Below, in pieces: positions 25,263 through 34,961 of a DNA stretch of 57,214 nucleotides. The notes beneath the pieces were generated by a model. The model had not been told where the DNA came from. It worked only from the letters and a program-made list of their open reading frames with translations, and did no database searches. The position numbers and the translations under genes were made by a program. The stretch is from a virus (lineage: Duplodnaviria; Caudoviricetes), in IMG/VR virus record IMGVR_UViG_3300030107_008096, positions 1-57,214 of that record. One strand, 5' to 3'. Every line of letters starts with the position of its first letter. Position 1 is the stretch's first letter.

Positions 25263-25275
25263 GAGAATTGTGTTA

Positions 25276-25440
25276 ATGTGTATAATTTGCGTAGACTATC
25301 AAAAAGAAAAACTCACTCTTAATGAAGCGTGGCGAAATTTAAAAGAAATGCGAGAAGATATGGACCCGGCTCATGTAGAGGAGGTCGTTAACATGCTTTG
25401 GGAAGATGATTGCTATAATACTCATGGAAATGGGGATTAA
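25276..25440 (+). CDS. small hypothetical protein
   Basis: AGGAG SD; hand-translated MCIICVDYQKEKLTLNEAWRNLKEM... Confidence 0.65.
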   Translation: MCIICVDYQKEKLTLNEAWRNLKEMREDMDPAHVEEVVNMLWEDDCYNTHGNGD

Positions 25441-25455
25441 AAGGAGAAATATTAA

Positions 25456-25581
25456 ATGAAATTAACCAAATCAAAACTTAAACAGATTATTAAAGAAGAG
25501 ATGGAGACTATTTTTTCCGAAGGTCTAACAGATGAAGAAGAAAAAGAGCTTAAGAGTCTTGAAAAGAAAAAACACGACTGA
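25456..25581 (+). CDS. MKLTK-tag micro-ORF, in frame with the next ORF across TGA
   Basis: AAGGAG SD; MKLTKSKLKQIIKEEMETIFSEGL...KKKHD. Confidence 0.7.
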   Translation: MKLTKSKLKQIIKEEMETIFSEGLTDEEEKELKSLEKKKHD

Positions 25582-25833
25582 ATGAAAGAAGGAAAGCTGA
25601 GTTCAGCTTTAATGGAAAGATACGGAATTAAAAAGGAAGACGCAATAGGTAAAGTGTTGTGGCATTCGTTGAATGAGAGCGCAGAGATTGGTGTTTATGA
25701 TATGAAATTTGGCAACACTATTATTCGCAATTTAACAGAAGCGGATATCATTGGAGAGGCATCGGACCACAAACGCGATGATGAACATGGCACCCAAGAT
25801 GATGATGATCCAAAAAGAGGAAAAAAGAAATAA
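25582..25833 (+). CDS. hypothetical protein
   Basis: 83 aa; ATG immediately after an in-frame TGA, no clear SD. Confidence 0.6.
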   Translation: MKEGKLSSALMERYGIKKEDAIGKVLWHSLNESAEIGVYDMKFGNTIIRNLTEADIIGEASDHKRDDEHGTQDDDDPKRGKKK

Positions 25834-26307
25834 ATGAAATTACTATTTGAACATTGGCGCAACTATTTTAAAGAAAAGGGGCTAAACGAGGAAAAAAGAA
25901 AAGATGACCCTTGTTGGGAAGGTTATGAACAGGTAGGAATGAAAGAAAAGGATGGTAAAGAGGTACCGAATTGTGTGCCCCTAAAAAAAGAATCTCTAAA
26001 AGAACTTATTGAAGAAGAAATTGAAAACATGTATTATGAAATGCTAGCAGAAGGAGAAGTCCTCGAAGAGGCAGAATATCAAGGGCGTAAAGTTACTCTA
26101 AATAAACCTACGAAGGGTGATGTAAAGAAATCTAAAGTATATGTTAAAAATGATAAGGGTAATGTTGTAAAAGTTAATTTTGGCGATCCAAACATGAAAA
26201 TTAGAAAATCAAACCCAAAAGCAAGAAAGTCATTTAGAGCAAGACATAATTGCAAAAATCCAGGGCCAAAATGGAAAGCAAGGTATTGGTCCTGCAAGGC
26301 CTGGTAA
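25834..26307 (+). CDS. ENWR-tag protein with modules typical of T4-like phage proteins
   Basis: CWEGYEQVGMK..VPNCVP and RKSFRARHNC..KARYWSCKAW. Confidence 0.8.
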   Translation: MKLLFEHWRNYFKEKGLNEEKRKDDPCWEGYEQVGMKEKDGKEVPNCVPLKKESLKELIEEEIENMYYEMLAEGEVLEEAEYQGRKVTLNKPTKGDVKKSKVYVKNDKGNVVKVNFGDPNMKIRKSNPKARKSFRARHNCKNPGPKWKARYWSCKAW

Positions 26308-26308
26308 T

Positions 26309-26695
26309 ATGAAATTTCTATTTGAAAATTGGCGCCAATGGATGAGTGATGAAGAGAAAGAATTTCTTGACATTGGCATGCCAACAATTAGGAAAAATGA
26401 CATTATTAGAAAACCGAATATAAACCCGCACCAAAAAAATACTCTATTAGATTTTTTTGTCAAACTAAACGAAACAGCAGACGAGGCATCGACACAGAAC
26501 ATATTAAAAACAATTTATGCTCATAGTGGCTTTTCTGATGATTTTGATTATTCCACAAAAGAAGATGCTTTAGAGGACTATTATACTCCTTATCGCTATG
26601 AAGGGGCCTCTCTTAAAGATTGGCACCAAAAAATTAAAAAAGCTGTGCATGCACGCACGCGGCACACAAAACCAATGGATTGGGGAAATAAATAA
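26309..26695 (+). CDS. ENWR-tag hypothetical protein
   Basis: MKFLFENWRQW. Confidence 0.75.
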   Translation: MKFLFENWRQWMSDEEKEFLDIGMPTIRKNDIIRKPNINPHQKNTLLDFFVKLNETADEASTQNILKTIYAHSGFSDDFDYSTKEDALEDYYTPYRYEGASLKDWHQKIKKAVHARTRHTKPMDWGNK

Positions 26696-27111
26696 TGAAA
26701 TTCCTACTTGAAAATTGGCGACAGTATTTAGAAGACGACAGCGAAAATATTGATATTGAGGTTGAAGGCGGAAGTCTTTCGGGGGTTGTTCATAATGATA
26801 TACAGCGAGTCTTAAATTGGGCTGAAAAAGAAAGAACAAGTCGCGGAACAATAGAAACAATCGGCACATTAAAAACCCCAATTGCAATATTAAAAAATAT
26901 GCATGTTGAAGAAGAATCAAAAAATCAAGGCATTGGCACTGATTTGTTGCAACAATTTCTAGATAAAACATATAATATGCCTATTTTATTAATTTCCGAT
27001 GAGGGTGAAGAAAATGCTTTTGGTTTGACCAATTGGTATGAAAAATATGGATTTGAACATATTGGAGAGTCTGGTGGTTATCCCGTTTTATTAAAGAGGG
27101 TTGAAAAATGA
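26695..27111 (+). CDS. ENWR-tag GNAT acetyltransferase
   Basis: V..ESKNQGIGT.LL and WYEKYGF. Confidence 0.8.
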   Translation: MKFLLENWRQYLEDDSENIDIEVEGGSLSGVVHNDIQRVLNWAEKERTSRGTIETIGTLKTPIAILKNMHVEEESKNQGIGTDLLQQFLDKTYNMPILLISDEGEENAFGLTNWYEKYGFEHIGESGGYPVLLKRVEK

Positions 27112-27470
27112 AACTACTACTTGAAAATTGGCGAGAGTATTTGAAAGAGGATACAACTGCGATATCCAGTGATGAAATAGAGTCCCTAGTTCGTTCTATT
27201 CATATGGAAGAGGACGATTTTATCGAAGGGGATCTAATAGACAACATAAGACAATACCCTTACTATATTCTTAAAGATGTTGAACTAAATAAAATAGAGA
27301 CCGCATGGACCGACCTAGGGAAAGTTGATGACTATGCCGAAATGAGCACTGAAGCAGATCCTGTTGTTTTGGATCACACGTTACACGCAATAGACGGATC
27401 CCATAGAATAGAGGCGGCAAAAGAACGAGGTGAGGAAAAAATAAAAGCTTATGTAGGAGTTGCCCAATGA
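27108..27470 (+). CDS. ENWR-tag ParB/Sulfiredoxin-like domain protein
   Basis: PVVLD...IDGSHRIEAA...IKAYV. Confidence 0.75.
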   Translation: MKLLLENWREYLKEDTTAISSDEIESLVRSIHMEEDDFIEGDLIDNIRQYPYYILKDVELNKIETAWTDLGKVDDYAEMSTEADPVVLDHTLHAIDGSHRIEAAKERGEEKIKAYVGVAQ

Positions 27471-28099
27471 AAATACTATTTGAAAATTGGCGAAATTTCT
27501 TATTAACAGAGAAATTAATGCTTAAGCCTGGCCCCAGCGGCTGGGACCTTTACGGAGAATTGGTTGCACAAGCGTATGAAAATGCCCCGGAGTTTGATCC
27601 CGCTGCAGTTTCTTCTTTCGAAGCTCTAGAACCATTTATTAATAAAATGTTTAACCAAATTCAATCTAGGGTTAATGTGCAATTTGTCGACGAAGACCCG
27701 TACCCTTCTGAAAGAGAGATGTGTCAGGATGCAATGCAGAATGGGGTTTTAAAAATTTGGAAAGGCGGCACAGAACATCCCGTTTTTAATCCCGAATTAA
27801 ACTTAAAATTAAGAGCCGTGCATGATTATATGACCCATTGCCAGCGAAGCACAGATTTTGGCCTGCAAGGGGAAATTGCTTCGTATAACGGCCACATGAA
27901 AACTGTTCCGCCCTCTGCTGCGGGAGCTTTGTTTACAGAAGTTGTAGGGCAGGCTAGCTACTTTATTAAAAGAGGAAATTTCCCAAAACAAAAAATAGCA
28001 ATATTGCCCGGTTTTGATTTCTTTAACGTTGGAGAGGTTGATCCTGAAATAACTGGATATAGGTTAGATCGTGAAAAAAAGGAACTAATTAAAATATGA
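27467..28099 (+). CDS. ENWR-tag hypothetical protein
   Basis: MKILFENWRNFLLTE; RAVHDYMTH..F...GE possible metal site. Confidence 0.75.
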   Translation: MKILFENWRNFLLTEKLMLKPGPSGWDLYGELVAQAYENAPEFDPAAVSSFEALEPFINKMFNQIQSRVNVQFVDEDPYPSEREMCQDAMQNGVLKIWKGGTEHPVFNPELNLKLRAVHDYMTHCQRSTDFGLQGEIASYNGHMKTVPPSAAGALFTEVVGQASYFIKRGNFPKQKIAILPGFDFFNVGEVDPEITGYRLDREKKELIKI

Positions 28100-28305
28100 A
28101 ATTCAATATGGATATAAAAACGCTTGTTTTCATCATTTCAGTGGCCTGCGCCCTAGGGGGTTTTTATTATACCACGCAAGCAAGGTTAGATGATGCCGAA
28201 AAAGAGATAAAATTTTTATGGTCCTCTGTTGGTGAACTAGAAAAAGAAAACAAACGTATAAGAAAGCAAATTAATATTTTACGCAAAACACAAAGCAATA
28301 AATGA
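28096..28305 (+). CDS. membrane-anchored coiled-coil protein
   Basis: N-terminal TM helix followed by heptad pattern. Confidence 0.7.
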   Translation: MKFNMDIKTLVFIISVACALGGFYYTTQARLDDAEKEIKFLWSSVGELEKENKRIRKQINILRKTQSNK

Positions 28306-29570
28306 AATTACTAATTGAAAATTGGCGCAAGCACCTGAATGAGATTACTTCCGTACCACCGGAACATATGCAGGCTTTCAAAGAGACTATAGCTAGTTCC
28401 AAGTTCTGGACATTGCCACACACTGAAGACGAAATAGATATGGGCCCAGCAGATGAGCTTACCACGCCCGCTGTTGAATCTCTAGCTAACTCTTTAAATG
28501 ACACTGCCGATGCTCTGGGGACGGAAATATATTTTCTTTTTACAACGGTTAACGAAGAAGAATACGCATTGGCCCCGGATAGTCCGTACCCCGGTTACCC
28601 AGACAATTGGTTGATGCAGGGTGCATATCAGGGCCCGCAGAAGGGCAAGCACGTTGTTTGGTTTCAATTTCGCCCACTGTCTGAAGATTTCGAGATGGAT
28701 AAATTTAATCCCGAAGCACTGGTTAAGGTGTTATCTCAGACTTTAAATCACGAGCTTGTGCACTATTATCAGCTTAAAAAACAAGCTGCAAGCAAAGGGA
28801 TCAGTGACGAAGAAGCTTGGGCAGAGCTTGAGAAAGATCCAAAACAATTGCCGCAAGACAGCGAAGAACAGACGTACCTTGGCTTACACAATGAGATAGA
28901 CGCATATGCCCACGAAGCAGCAGAACAACTGCTCGATCAACACTCACCAGAAGAGGCACTGGATATAATCCGAAAGCTGTCGGCAGATAACTTGGAAAAA
29001 TATCCAGAGATATCTTCTGTTGTTAAAAGATATGTGGAAGTGTTTAAGGACGATCCAAAAACATTAGCTAAATTCCGAAAGAAGCTGGTTCAACAGGTTG
29101 AAAATCAATCAGGTATACAGGAAATATTTAACAATTGGCGAAAGTTTTTGCGAGAAACTGAACGCCCCGGCCCGGGCAGGACAAAATCACGCTACGAACG
29201 AATGGCAGAGCCAATTGCGTTTGACGGCTTTGCAAAAGCTACATATGACGCCACAGGAGAGTCTGGTGAATTTTTAGAAGAAGACATAGAAGGCAAAGTT
29301 AAGATTTATCGTGCTTTGCCAGCCACCACCACAGAGGTCCGAACAAATGATTATGTTACAATGTCAAGAAGATTTGCCGGCGAGCACGCTGTGACCTCTG
29401 CGCTATATAATGAAGAGGATTTTTATGTTGTGTATGCGTTTGTTAACGGAGAAGACGTTAAGGAAGCCGACAACCCTGGTGAATATAGGTATACTGGAGA
29501 GCCTTTTGAAGCAAAACCGACTCAGATTGCAAATCATCAGACGGGAGACTTGAGGTCAGCTAGAAGATGA
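28302..29570 (+). CDS. ENWR-tag zincin metallopeptidase fused to a second tagged, ART-like domain
   Basis: HELVH...EIDAYA; internal IFNNWRKFLRE; KIYRA...YVTMSRRFA.EHA. Confidence 0.7.
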   Translation: MKLLIENWRKHLNEITSVPPEHMQAFKETIASSKFWTLPHTEDEIDMGPADELTTPAVESLANSLNDTADALGTEIYFLFTTVNEEEYALAPDSPYPGYPDNWLMQGAYQGPQKGKHVVWFQFRPLSEDFEMDKFNPEALVKVLSQTLNHELVHYYQLKKQAASKGISDEEAWAELEKDPKQLPQDSEEQTYLGLHNEIDAYAHEAAEQLLDQHSPEEALDIIRKLSADNLEKYPEISSVVKRYVEVFKDDPKTLAKFRKKLVQQVENQSGIQEIFNNWRKFLRETERPGPGRTKSRYERMAEPIAFDGFAKATYDATGESGEFLEEDIEGKVKIYRALPATTTEVRTNDYVTMSRRFAGEHAVTSALYNEEDFYVVYAFVNGEDVKEADNPGEYRYTGEPFEAKPTQIANHQTGDLRSARR

Positions 29571-30397
29571 AATTATTGATGAAAAATTGGCAAAGCTATT
29601 TAGACAAATTAGTAGTTTTAGATGAAAAACTTGACGATCAGTTTTATATAACTGAAGTTTTAGGAATACAAGTCCCCCTTAACGAAGCTTATCCATATTC
29701 TATAGAATTAAAAGAAAAAATTATTAAAGAACATATGCTTTTTGAAGGATTTTGGGGCGATTTAGGAGATAAGATAAAACAAGGCACCACAGCGGCATGG
29801 GACAAAGCCAAGCAACTTCCCAAACAAGTGGCAGATATGTTTATCATGCTTTATAAGGTATTTTCTGGAGGAAAAGCTAAGCTAATGACGTTCGACAAAG
29901 CGGTTAAACGAAACGGTATTTATGTTATAACAAAAAAATTAAACGAGTTCTTGGATTTAATCATAACAAAATTTTCCGATCAAATGGAATCAGTTGCAAA
30001 TTGGGCAAAAAAAGCGAAAGGTCTGCTGGGTAAACAGTATACAATACAAGAAAGAGCTTTAGATTGGAAATCAGCCTTAAAAGATACAGCGCTTTTAGTA
30101 GGGTTAAAATATATCTGGAGCAAAATAGGGCCAATAATAGAAGACGTGCTAAAGGCTGTAGACCCTAACGCACAAATGGCTCTTTTAAAAAAATTTGTTA
30201 AAGAAAATATGATGAGTGTTTTCAATAATATTTTAAATAATTTAACATCCGGCATCCGTGCAGCGCTGGGAGACATAACTATTTTTTGGGATTGGCTCAA
30301 AGAGGTTGGAGGGGGCATAAAACTAGTTTTTGATGCTCTTTCGCCAGTATTAGCCTTCTTTAAAGGAAGAGGCGGGCTGAATGAAACTACTATTTGA
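29567..30397 (+). CDS. ENWR-like-tag helical protein
   Basis: MKLLMKNWQSYL; amphipathic helices. Confidence 0.75.
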   Translation: MKLLMKNWQSYLDKLVVLDEKLDDQFYITEVLGIQVPLNEAYPYSIELKEKIIKEHMLFEGFWGDLGDKIKQGTTAAWDKAKQLPKQVADMFIMLYKVFSGGKAKLMTFDKAVKRNGIYVITKKLNEFLDLIITKFSDQMESVANWAKKAKGLLGKQYTIQERALDWKSALKDTALLVGLKYIWSKIGPIIEDVLKAVDPNAQMALLKKFVKENMMSVFNNILNNLTSGIRAALGDITIFWDWLKEVGGGIKLVFDALSPVLAFFKGRGGLNETTI

Positions 30398-31358
30398 AAA
30401 TTGGCGAAAATATTTAGAAGAAGATACAATAGATGAACTATCATTACCCTTTTCCTCGCAGGCTAGAATGGAGAAAGAGTTGAAAAAATTAGAAAACGAA
30501 ATGGTTGACGAAAAACATGCCTCCGCGTGGGAAAAAATCAAGCAAGAGATGAAGGAGACGAAGACCGCCTGGGTTTTAGCGAAAAAATATTTTACCAAAG
30601 GTCTAACTAAGGAGGAAAAATCATTTCTGTGGGATCAAATTAAAGATATTGCAAGGGGTACAACCCTGGCGGCACTGTTCGCCGCGCCAGGAGGGTCTGT
30701 TGCTTTGCCATTTGTCTTAAAGTTTACGAAGGGGACACTATTACCCTCCGCTTTTAAGGAAAATTTACGCACAAATAAAACTGCAGGGACAATTGTTGCA
30801 ATATTTGGCCCATCTGGCTGCGGAAAATCTAGACAAAAGGCTGTTTTTAAAAATAATGGTTGGCAAGAGCTTGTTTCTTTGGTGACAAGACCTCCAAGAG
30901 GTGAAAAAGACGTTGAATATGAATTCACAACAGAAGAAGAATGGTTAAAAGAATATGAACAAGGGAATTTAATCAATACAAATCAATATGGAGGGAATTA
31001 TTACGGTACGAAGCTGGATGATTTCCTTGCAGCAAGAAATGCAGTGATGATTACAGATGAAACAAACGTTGATGGGAGCCGAGGGGAGGAAGATTTAAGA
31101 AATATAGCCGAAAAATACGGAAAAACACTAGTATTGGCCTTTTGCGCCCCTCCAGATGAGAAAAAACTCGAAAAAAGACACCAAAACCGGCTAAAAAGCG
31201 GAGAATATTCTAGTGAGGAAGAGTATAAAAAAAGACTAAAAAAGGCAAAAGAAGAGGCTTCGAGCACGAAATATAGGATTAAAACCCTTAATATTGGCGT
31301 ACATGAGCTTCATGATGATGAAGATACGGAAGAATTGGCACGGAGTTTGCGCAAATGA
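30381..31358 (+). CDS. ENWR-tag LETM1-like segment fused to a guanylate-kinase-like domain
   Basis: LFAAPGGSVALP; GPSGCGKS, TRPPR, NYYGT. Confidence 0.75.
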   Translation: MKLLFENWRKYLEEDTIDELSLPFSSQARMEKELKKLENEMVDEKHASAWEKIKQEMKETKTAWVLAKKYFTKGLTKEEKSFLWDQIKDIARGTTLAALFAAPGGSVALPFVLKFTKGTLLPSAFKENLRTNKTAGTIVAIFGPSGCGKSRQKAVFKNNGWQELVSLVTRPPRGEKDVEYEFTTEEEWLKEYEQGNLINTNQYGGNYYGTKLDDFLAARNAVMITDETNVDGSRGEEDLRNIAEKYGKTLVLAFCAPPDEKKLEKRHQNRLKSGEYSSEEEYKKRLKKAKEEASSTKYRIKTLNIGVHELHDDEDTEELARSLRK

Positions 31359-31936
31359 AGCTTTTATTTGAGAATTGGAAGCGGTTTTTGATGGAACACA
31401 GCGAAGAAGACAGTGATTTAGTGTCTAAAGTTATAATTTCTAACGAAAACAATGAAGTTTTACTGCTTAAAAGGGCACCAAACGCCCCAAAGTACCCAAA
31501 TTATTGGGATTTACCAGGCGGGCATGCTAAAAAAGGAGAAGATTTAATTAAAGCCGGCGTAAGAGAAACAAAAGAAGAGACAGGTTTATCGATAAAAGGC
31601 TTAAAACAGGTAAAAAAGTACAAAAAAATCAATTTTTTTAAAACAAAAGAGTATTCTGGCTCTATTTTAGACACGCTTCCGGAGCACAGCGAGTATAAGT
31701 GGGTAAATATTGACGATTTGAATCAACATAGGCTGCCCCCGGGCGGAAATGAGGCCGTAAAAGAGGTTTTAGGCGAACTGACAGAGGATTTTCAAGACGA
31801 TGTTAAGAAAAAACACCTAAAATTAAAGAAAAAGACCATTGGAATGGGCGGAAATAGAGAAAAAGTGCCTAAATCTATGAATTTTATGTCAGCAAAGCGC
31901 GCCAAATCCTCTCCACCAGGGTTTGGAGGCACTTAA
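31355..31936 (+). CDS. ENWR-tag NUDIX hydrolase
   Basis: WDLPGGHAKKGE....GVRETKEETGL Nudix box. Confidence 0.9.
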   Translation: MKLLFENWKRFLMEHSEEDSDLVSKVIISNENNEVLLLKRAPNAPKYPNYWDLPGGHAKKGEDLIKAGVRETKEETGLSIKGLKQVKKYKKINFFKTKEYSGSILDTLPEHSEYKWVNIDDLNQHRLPPGGNEAVKEVLGELTEDFQDDVKKKHLKLKKKTIGMGGNREKVPKSMNFMSAKRAKSSPPGFGGT

Positions 31937-31990
31937 AATACTTTCTTTCTATTTTTTAAGCAACTAATTATATTAAAAGAGGAGAAAACA

Positions 31991-32206
31991 GTGAAAGATC
32001 AACAATTTAGTTCTATTTTTAATGATATTGATTTAAAAATTGTGGATCTTCTTATTGAAAGGGAAAAAGAAGATAAAGAAAGGCAAAAACAGCAACAATC
32101 GTTGTATATTCAGCTGTCGGCGCCTCAAAATCCGGATTTTGAACCCTCATTCGAAGAAAATAATGAAAAAAACGACAATAATGGCACAATTGTCATTGAT
32201 TTATAG
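31991..32206 (+). CDS. hypothetical protein
   Basis: GAGGAG SD, GTG start, late motif upstream. Confidence 0.6.
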   Translation: MKDQQFSSIFNDIDLKIVDLLIEREKEDKERQKQQQSLYIQLSAPQNPDFEPSFEENNEKNDNNGTIVIDL

Positions 32207-32211
32207 TAAAA

Positions 32212-32571
32212 ATGAAGAAATATTACAATAAATGGCGTATATTTTTGAATGAAGACGAAAAATCGTTTTCATCACCAAGCCCACATCATTATACAATAGA
32301 TTTAAAGATTCATTATGACGAAGAAGCTCGTTTATATGAAGATATCTTTAACCAAGTGCGCGCAATTCCCGGAGTCACAATTATTTCTGTGACTGAAGCT
32401 TCGCAGACAACCGGTACCGACCAAAAAACCGTTCGATTAGATTTAAAATACATGCCAGATAGTAAAGGTGTTCCACTAGAGCAATACGGGTTTATGTTAA
32501 GACGTAAAATCAAAAGTATTCACGGAATCGACGGTGTAAAATTTATCTCATCTAAAAAAATTGACGTTTAA
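32212..32571 (+). CDS. ENWR-like-tag hypothetical protein
   Basis: MKKYYNKWRIFLNE; VRAIPGVT and IKSIHGID beta-alpha-beta repeats. Confidence 0.7.
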   Translation: MKKYYNKWRIFLNEDEKSFSSPSPHHYTIDLKIHYDEEARLYEDIFNQVRAIPGVTIISVTEASQTTGTDQKTVRLDLKYMPDSKGVPLEQYGFMLRRKIKSIHGIDGVKFISSKKIDV

Positions 32572-32643
32572 ACGCATAAAAATAAAAAAACATTTGTCTT
32601 TTTTAAAATTATGTGATATAGTTATAGTATGAGGTAAAAGAAT

Positions 32644-34731
32644 GTGGTGTGTTTAAAAAAAAATCTTTTCACAATATTAATAATTTTCACTAGCTTGATC
32701 TTTGTGCATTCCTGCAGCAATCAAGCCGGCAATGGCGCCAACTCATATAACATCCAAAACATTCCCGATATAATCACGTACACTCCGTCCGACGCTGTGG
32801 TGGAATATTCTAAAAAGAAATATGAAGATGACTGTTATGTCGAATGGTATTATTACTGCCCCCCTTTAGATGAGGTGTGGCGTATGAAAGTAGTTGTAGA
32901 TACCTGTAAAGATGATATGGTTGTTGAAATGGGAGAGTGTGAGGAAGTTTTAGAATGCCTCCCTACCAACGAAGTTGTCAGAGAGGAAGAGTGTGTCACA
33001 GAAGACGGGGTTAATGGGTTTTTAAAAGTTTATTGCCATAAAGGGTATTATGAATACGGCATATGCGATCCTTGTGTAGAAGAAATCTGCGACGGTATTG
33101 ATAATGATTGTGATGGGGTGGTAGATGAGGGTGAATATCCTTGCGGAAATGAATGTGGCACAGGGATAGGTCTATGTGTTGAAGGGAAGATAGTCGCATG
33201 CGACGCACCGCAGCCATCAGAAGAGGTGTGTGATTATGTTGATAACGATTGCGATGGGTTGATCGATGAAGGGCAATTGAACGCTTGTAATGTGTGTGGC
33301 CCAGTACCCGAAGAGGTTTGCGACGGTTTTGACAATGATTGTAATGGCAAAATAGATGAAGGGTTGATAGACAAGTGCAACACGGCATGTGAGGAGAATT
33401 TAAACGTATGTGTCAACGGCGCCTGGTTTTGTACTGCTAAACAGCCCGAGGAAGAAATTTGCGATGGCCAAGACAATGATTGTGACGGTTTGATTGATGA
33501 AGAATTAAACTGTGTGTGTACATGGGATCAAGTCGGAGTTTTATATCCTTGTACAGAATCTCCCCTTTTGTGTGGCGAGGGATATAAAACATGTGAAGTT
33601 GCTCCTGATGGTAAATCGCTACAAATGAGTCCTTGTCAAGCGACATGCGCCTACATTCCCAGTGCCGGCCCTACTCCTTGTGATCCGCTCGTGGGGAAAG
33701 TCATAGAAGATGAGGTGTGTAATAATCATGATGAGAACTGTAATCAATTAATAGATGAAAATTTAAAACAAGAGTGTTATACAGGGCCCGTTGATACTCT
33801 CAATATTGGAATTTGTATACCCGGCGAAATGGTTTGTAGCGCAGGGCAATGGGGAAATTACGACGGGTACAACGTTTTTACTCCTAATTTATGCCTTGAT
33901 GAAAAAACACCAGCTGACAAAGATGCGTGTAATGGTGCCGACGACAATTGTGATGGCCTAATTGATGACGGTAAAGAAATACAAGATACAGACATAATCT
34001 TTATTGTAGACGGATCTGGATCTATGAATGATGAAATCAATGGAGTCTTGGCCGCACTGAGTATCTTTTCTCAAGAATTTGCCGATCAAACAGCTGTTAG
34101 GTGGGGCTTTATTTATGCCCCGACATTCAAATTTGGATACGGAGAATCAGCTAGTCTTGTTTCCGACCTGGAGCCTTTTGACATATTTTTTCATACCCTC
34201 GCCAATACAGGTTTTAAAACACAGGGTGGTTATGAAATGCTCTATGATATAATTTATCTCTTAATGGAGGGGATTGTACCGCAGACATCGATGCCTTATC
34301 CGAAAGCTGAGCTGCAATGGGACCCCTACCATGGTATTACTTCAACGCCTGACCTTCAGAATTTTTCAGTCAATTGGAGGCCAAATGCAAATCATGTTAT
34401 AATTGTGTTTACCGATGAACAGGGTCAAAGCTATATGAATTCTTCAACCGTCTCCCCAGTTAATGGAGAAACAGCACAAGGCGGTGGATATGTCACACAA
34501 TCTATTTTGTTGAACTTGATCAAGCAAGACCCAAGACTTTCAGTTTACACATTTACGCCTCAATATTATAAAACTTCTGGTTTTGGCGCCAAAGCCGCCG
34601 GCTGGGAACCCCTCTCATTGGCCAGTGCATTGGGAAAATGGTATGAATTAACCGATTCGGCTACAGAGATATACGCTTATTTATCAGAGATTTTAAGTGA
34701 AACTGCTTGTGGCGAAGAGGCCTCGCCATGA
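32644..34731 (+). CDS. lipoprotein with myxobacterial-type Cys/Asp metal-binding repeats and C-terminal vWA domain
   Basis: Lipobox-like VHSC; about six EEiCDGxDNDCDGxiDE repeats; DIIFIVDGSGSM and VFTDE. Confidence 0.85.
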   Translation: MVCLKKNLFTILIIFTSLIFVHSCSNQAGNGANSYNIQNIPDIITYTPSDAVVEYSKKKYEDDCYVEWYYYCPPLDEVWRMKVVVDTCKDDMVVEMGECEEVLECLPTNEVVREEECVTEDGVNGFLKVYCHKGYYEYGICDPCVEEICDGIDNDCDGVVDEGEYPCGNECGTGIGLCVEGKIVACDAPQPSEEVCDYVDNDCDGLIDEGQLNACNVCGPVPEEVCDGFDNDCNGKIDEGLIDKCNTACEENLNVCVNGAWFCTAKQPEEEICDGQDNDCDGLIDEELNCVCTWDQVGVLYPCTESPLLCGEGYKTCEVAPDGKSLQMSPCQATCAYIPSAGPTPCDPLVGKVIEDEVCNNHDENCNQLIDENLKQECYTGPVDTLNIGICIPGEMVCSAGQWGNYDGYNVFTPNLCLDEKTPADKDACNGADDNCDGLIDDGKEIQDTDIIFIVDGSGSMNDEINGVLAALSIFSQEFADQTAVRWGFIYAPTFKFGYGESASLVSDLEPFDIFFHTLANTGFKTQGGYEMLYDIIYLLMEGIVPQTSMPYPKAELQWDPYHGITSTPDLQNFSVNWRPNANHVIIVFTDEQGQSYMNSSTVSPVNGETAQGGGYVTQSILLNLIKQDPRLSVYTFTPQYYKTSGFGAKAAGWEPLSLASALGKWYELTDSATEIYAYLSEILSETACGEEASP

Positions 34732-34961
34732 AATATATCTATATAATCATAATAGCCCTTTTTATATCATTGATGATATTTGGATGTGGTATTGAAGGCA
34801 AAATCGACGACGCTAGCGCCAAATGCCAAGATGAGATTTCAAAACTCTTGGAAGACGTGGAAGACATATGCCTAACGAAAGAAGAGATTTTAGAACTTAT
34901 AAATTCTATTAATATTGATGAGAGCGATGCCACCTGCGCCAAGGAGGATATACAGGATTGA
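34728..34961 (+). CDS. small lipoprotein
   Basis: Signal peptide with IFGC; ATGA overlap. Confidence 0.65.
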   Translation: MKYIYIIIIALFISLMIFGCGIEGKIDDASAKCQDEISKLLEDVEDICLTKEEILELINSINIDESDATCAKEDIQD

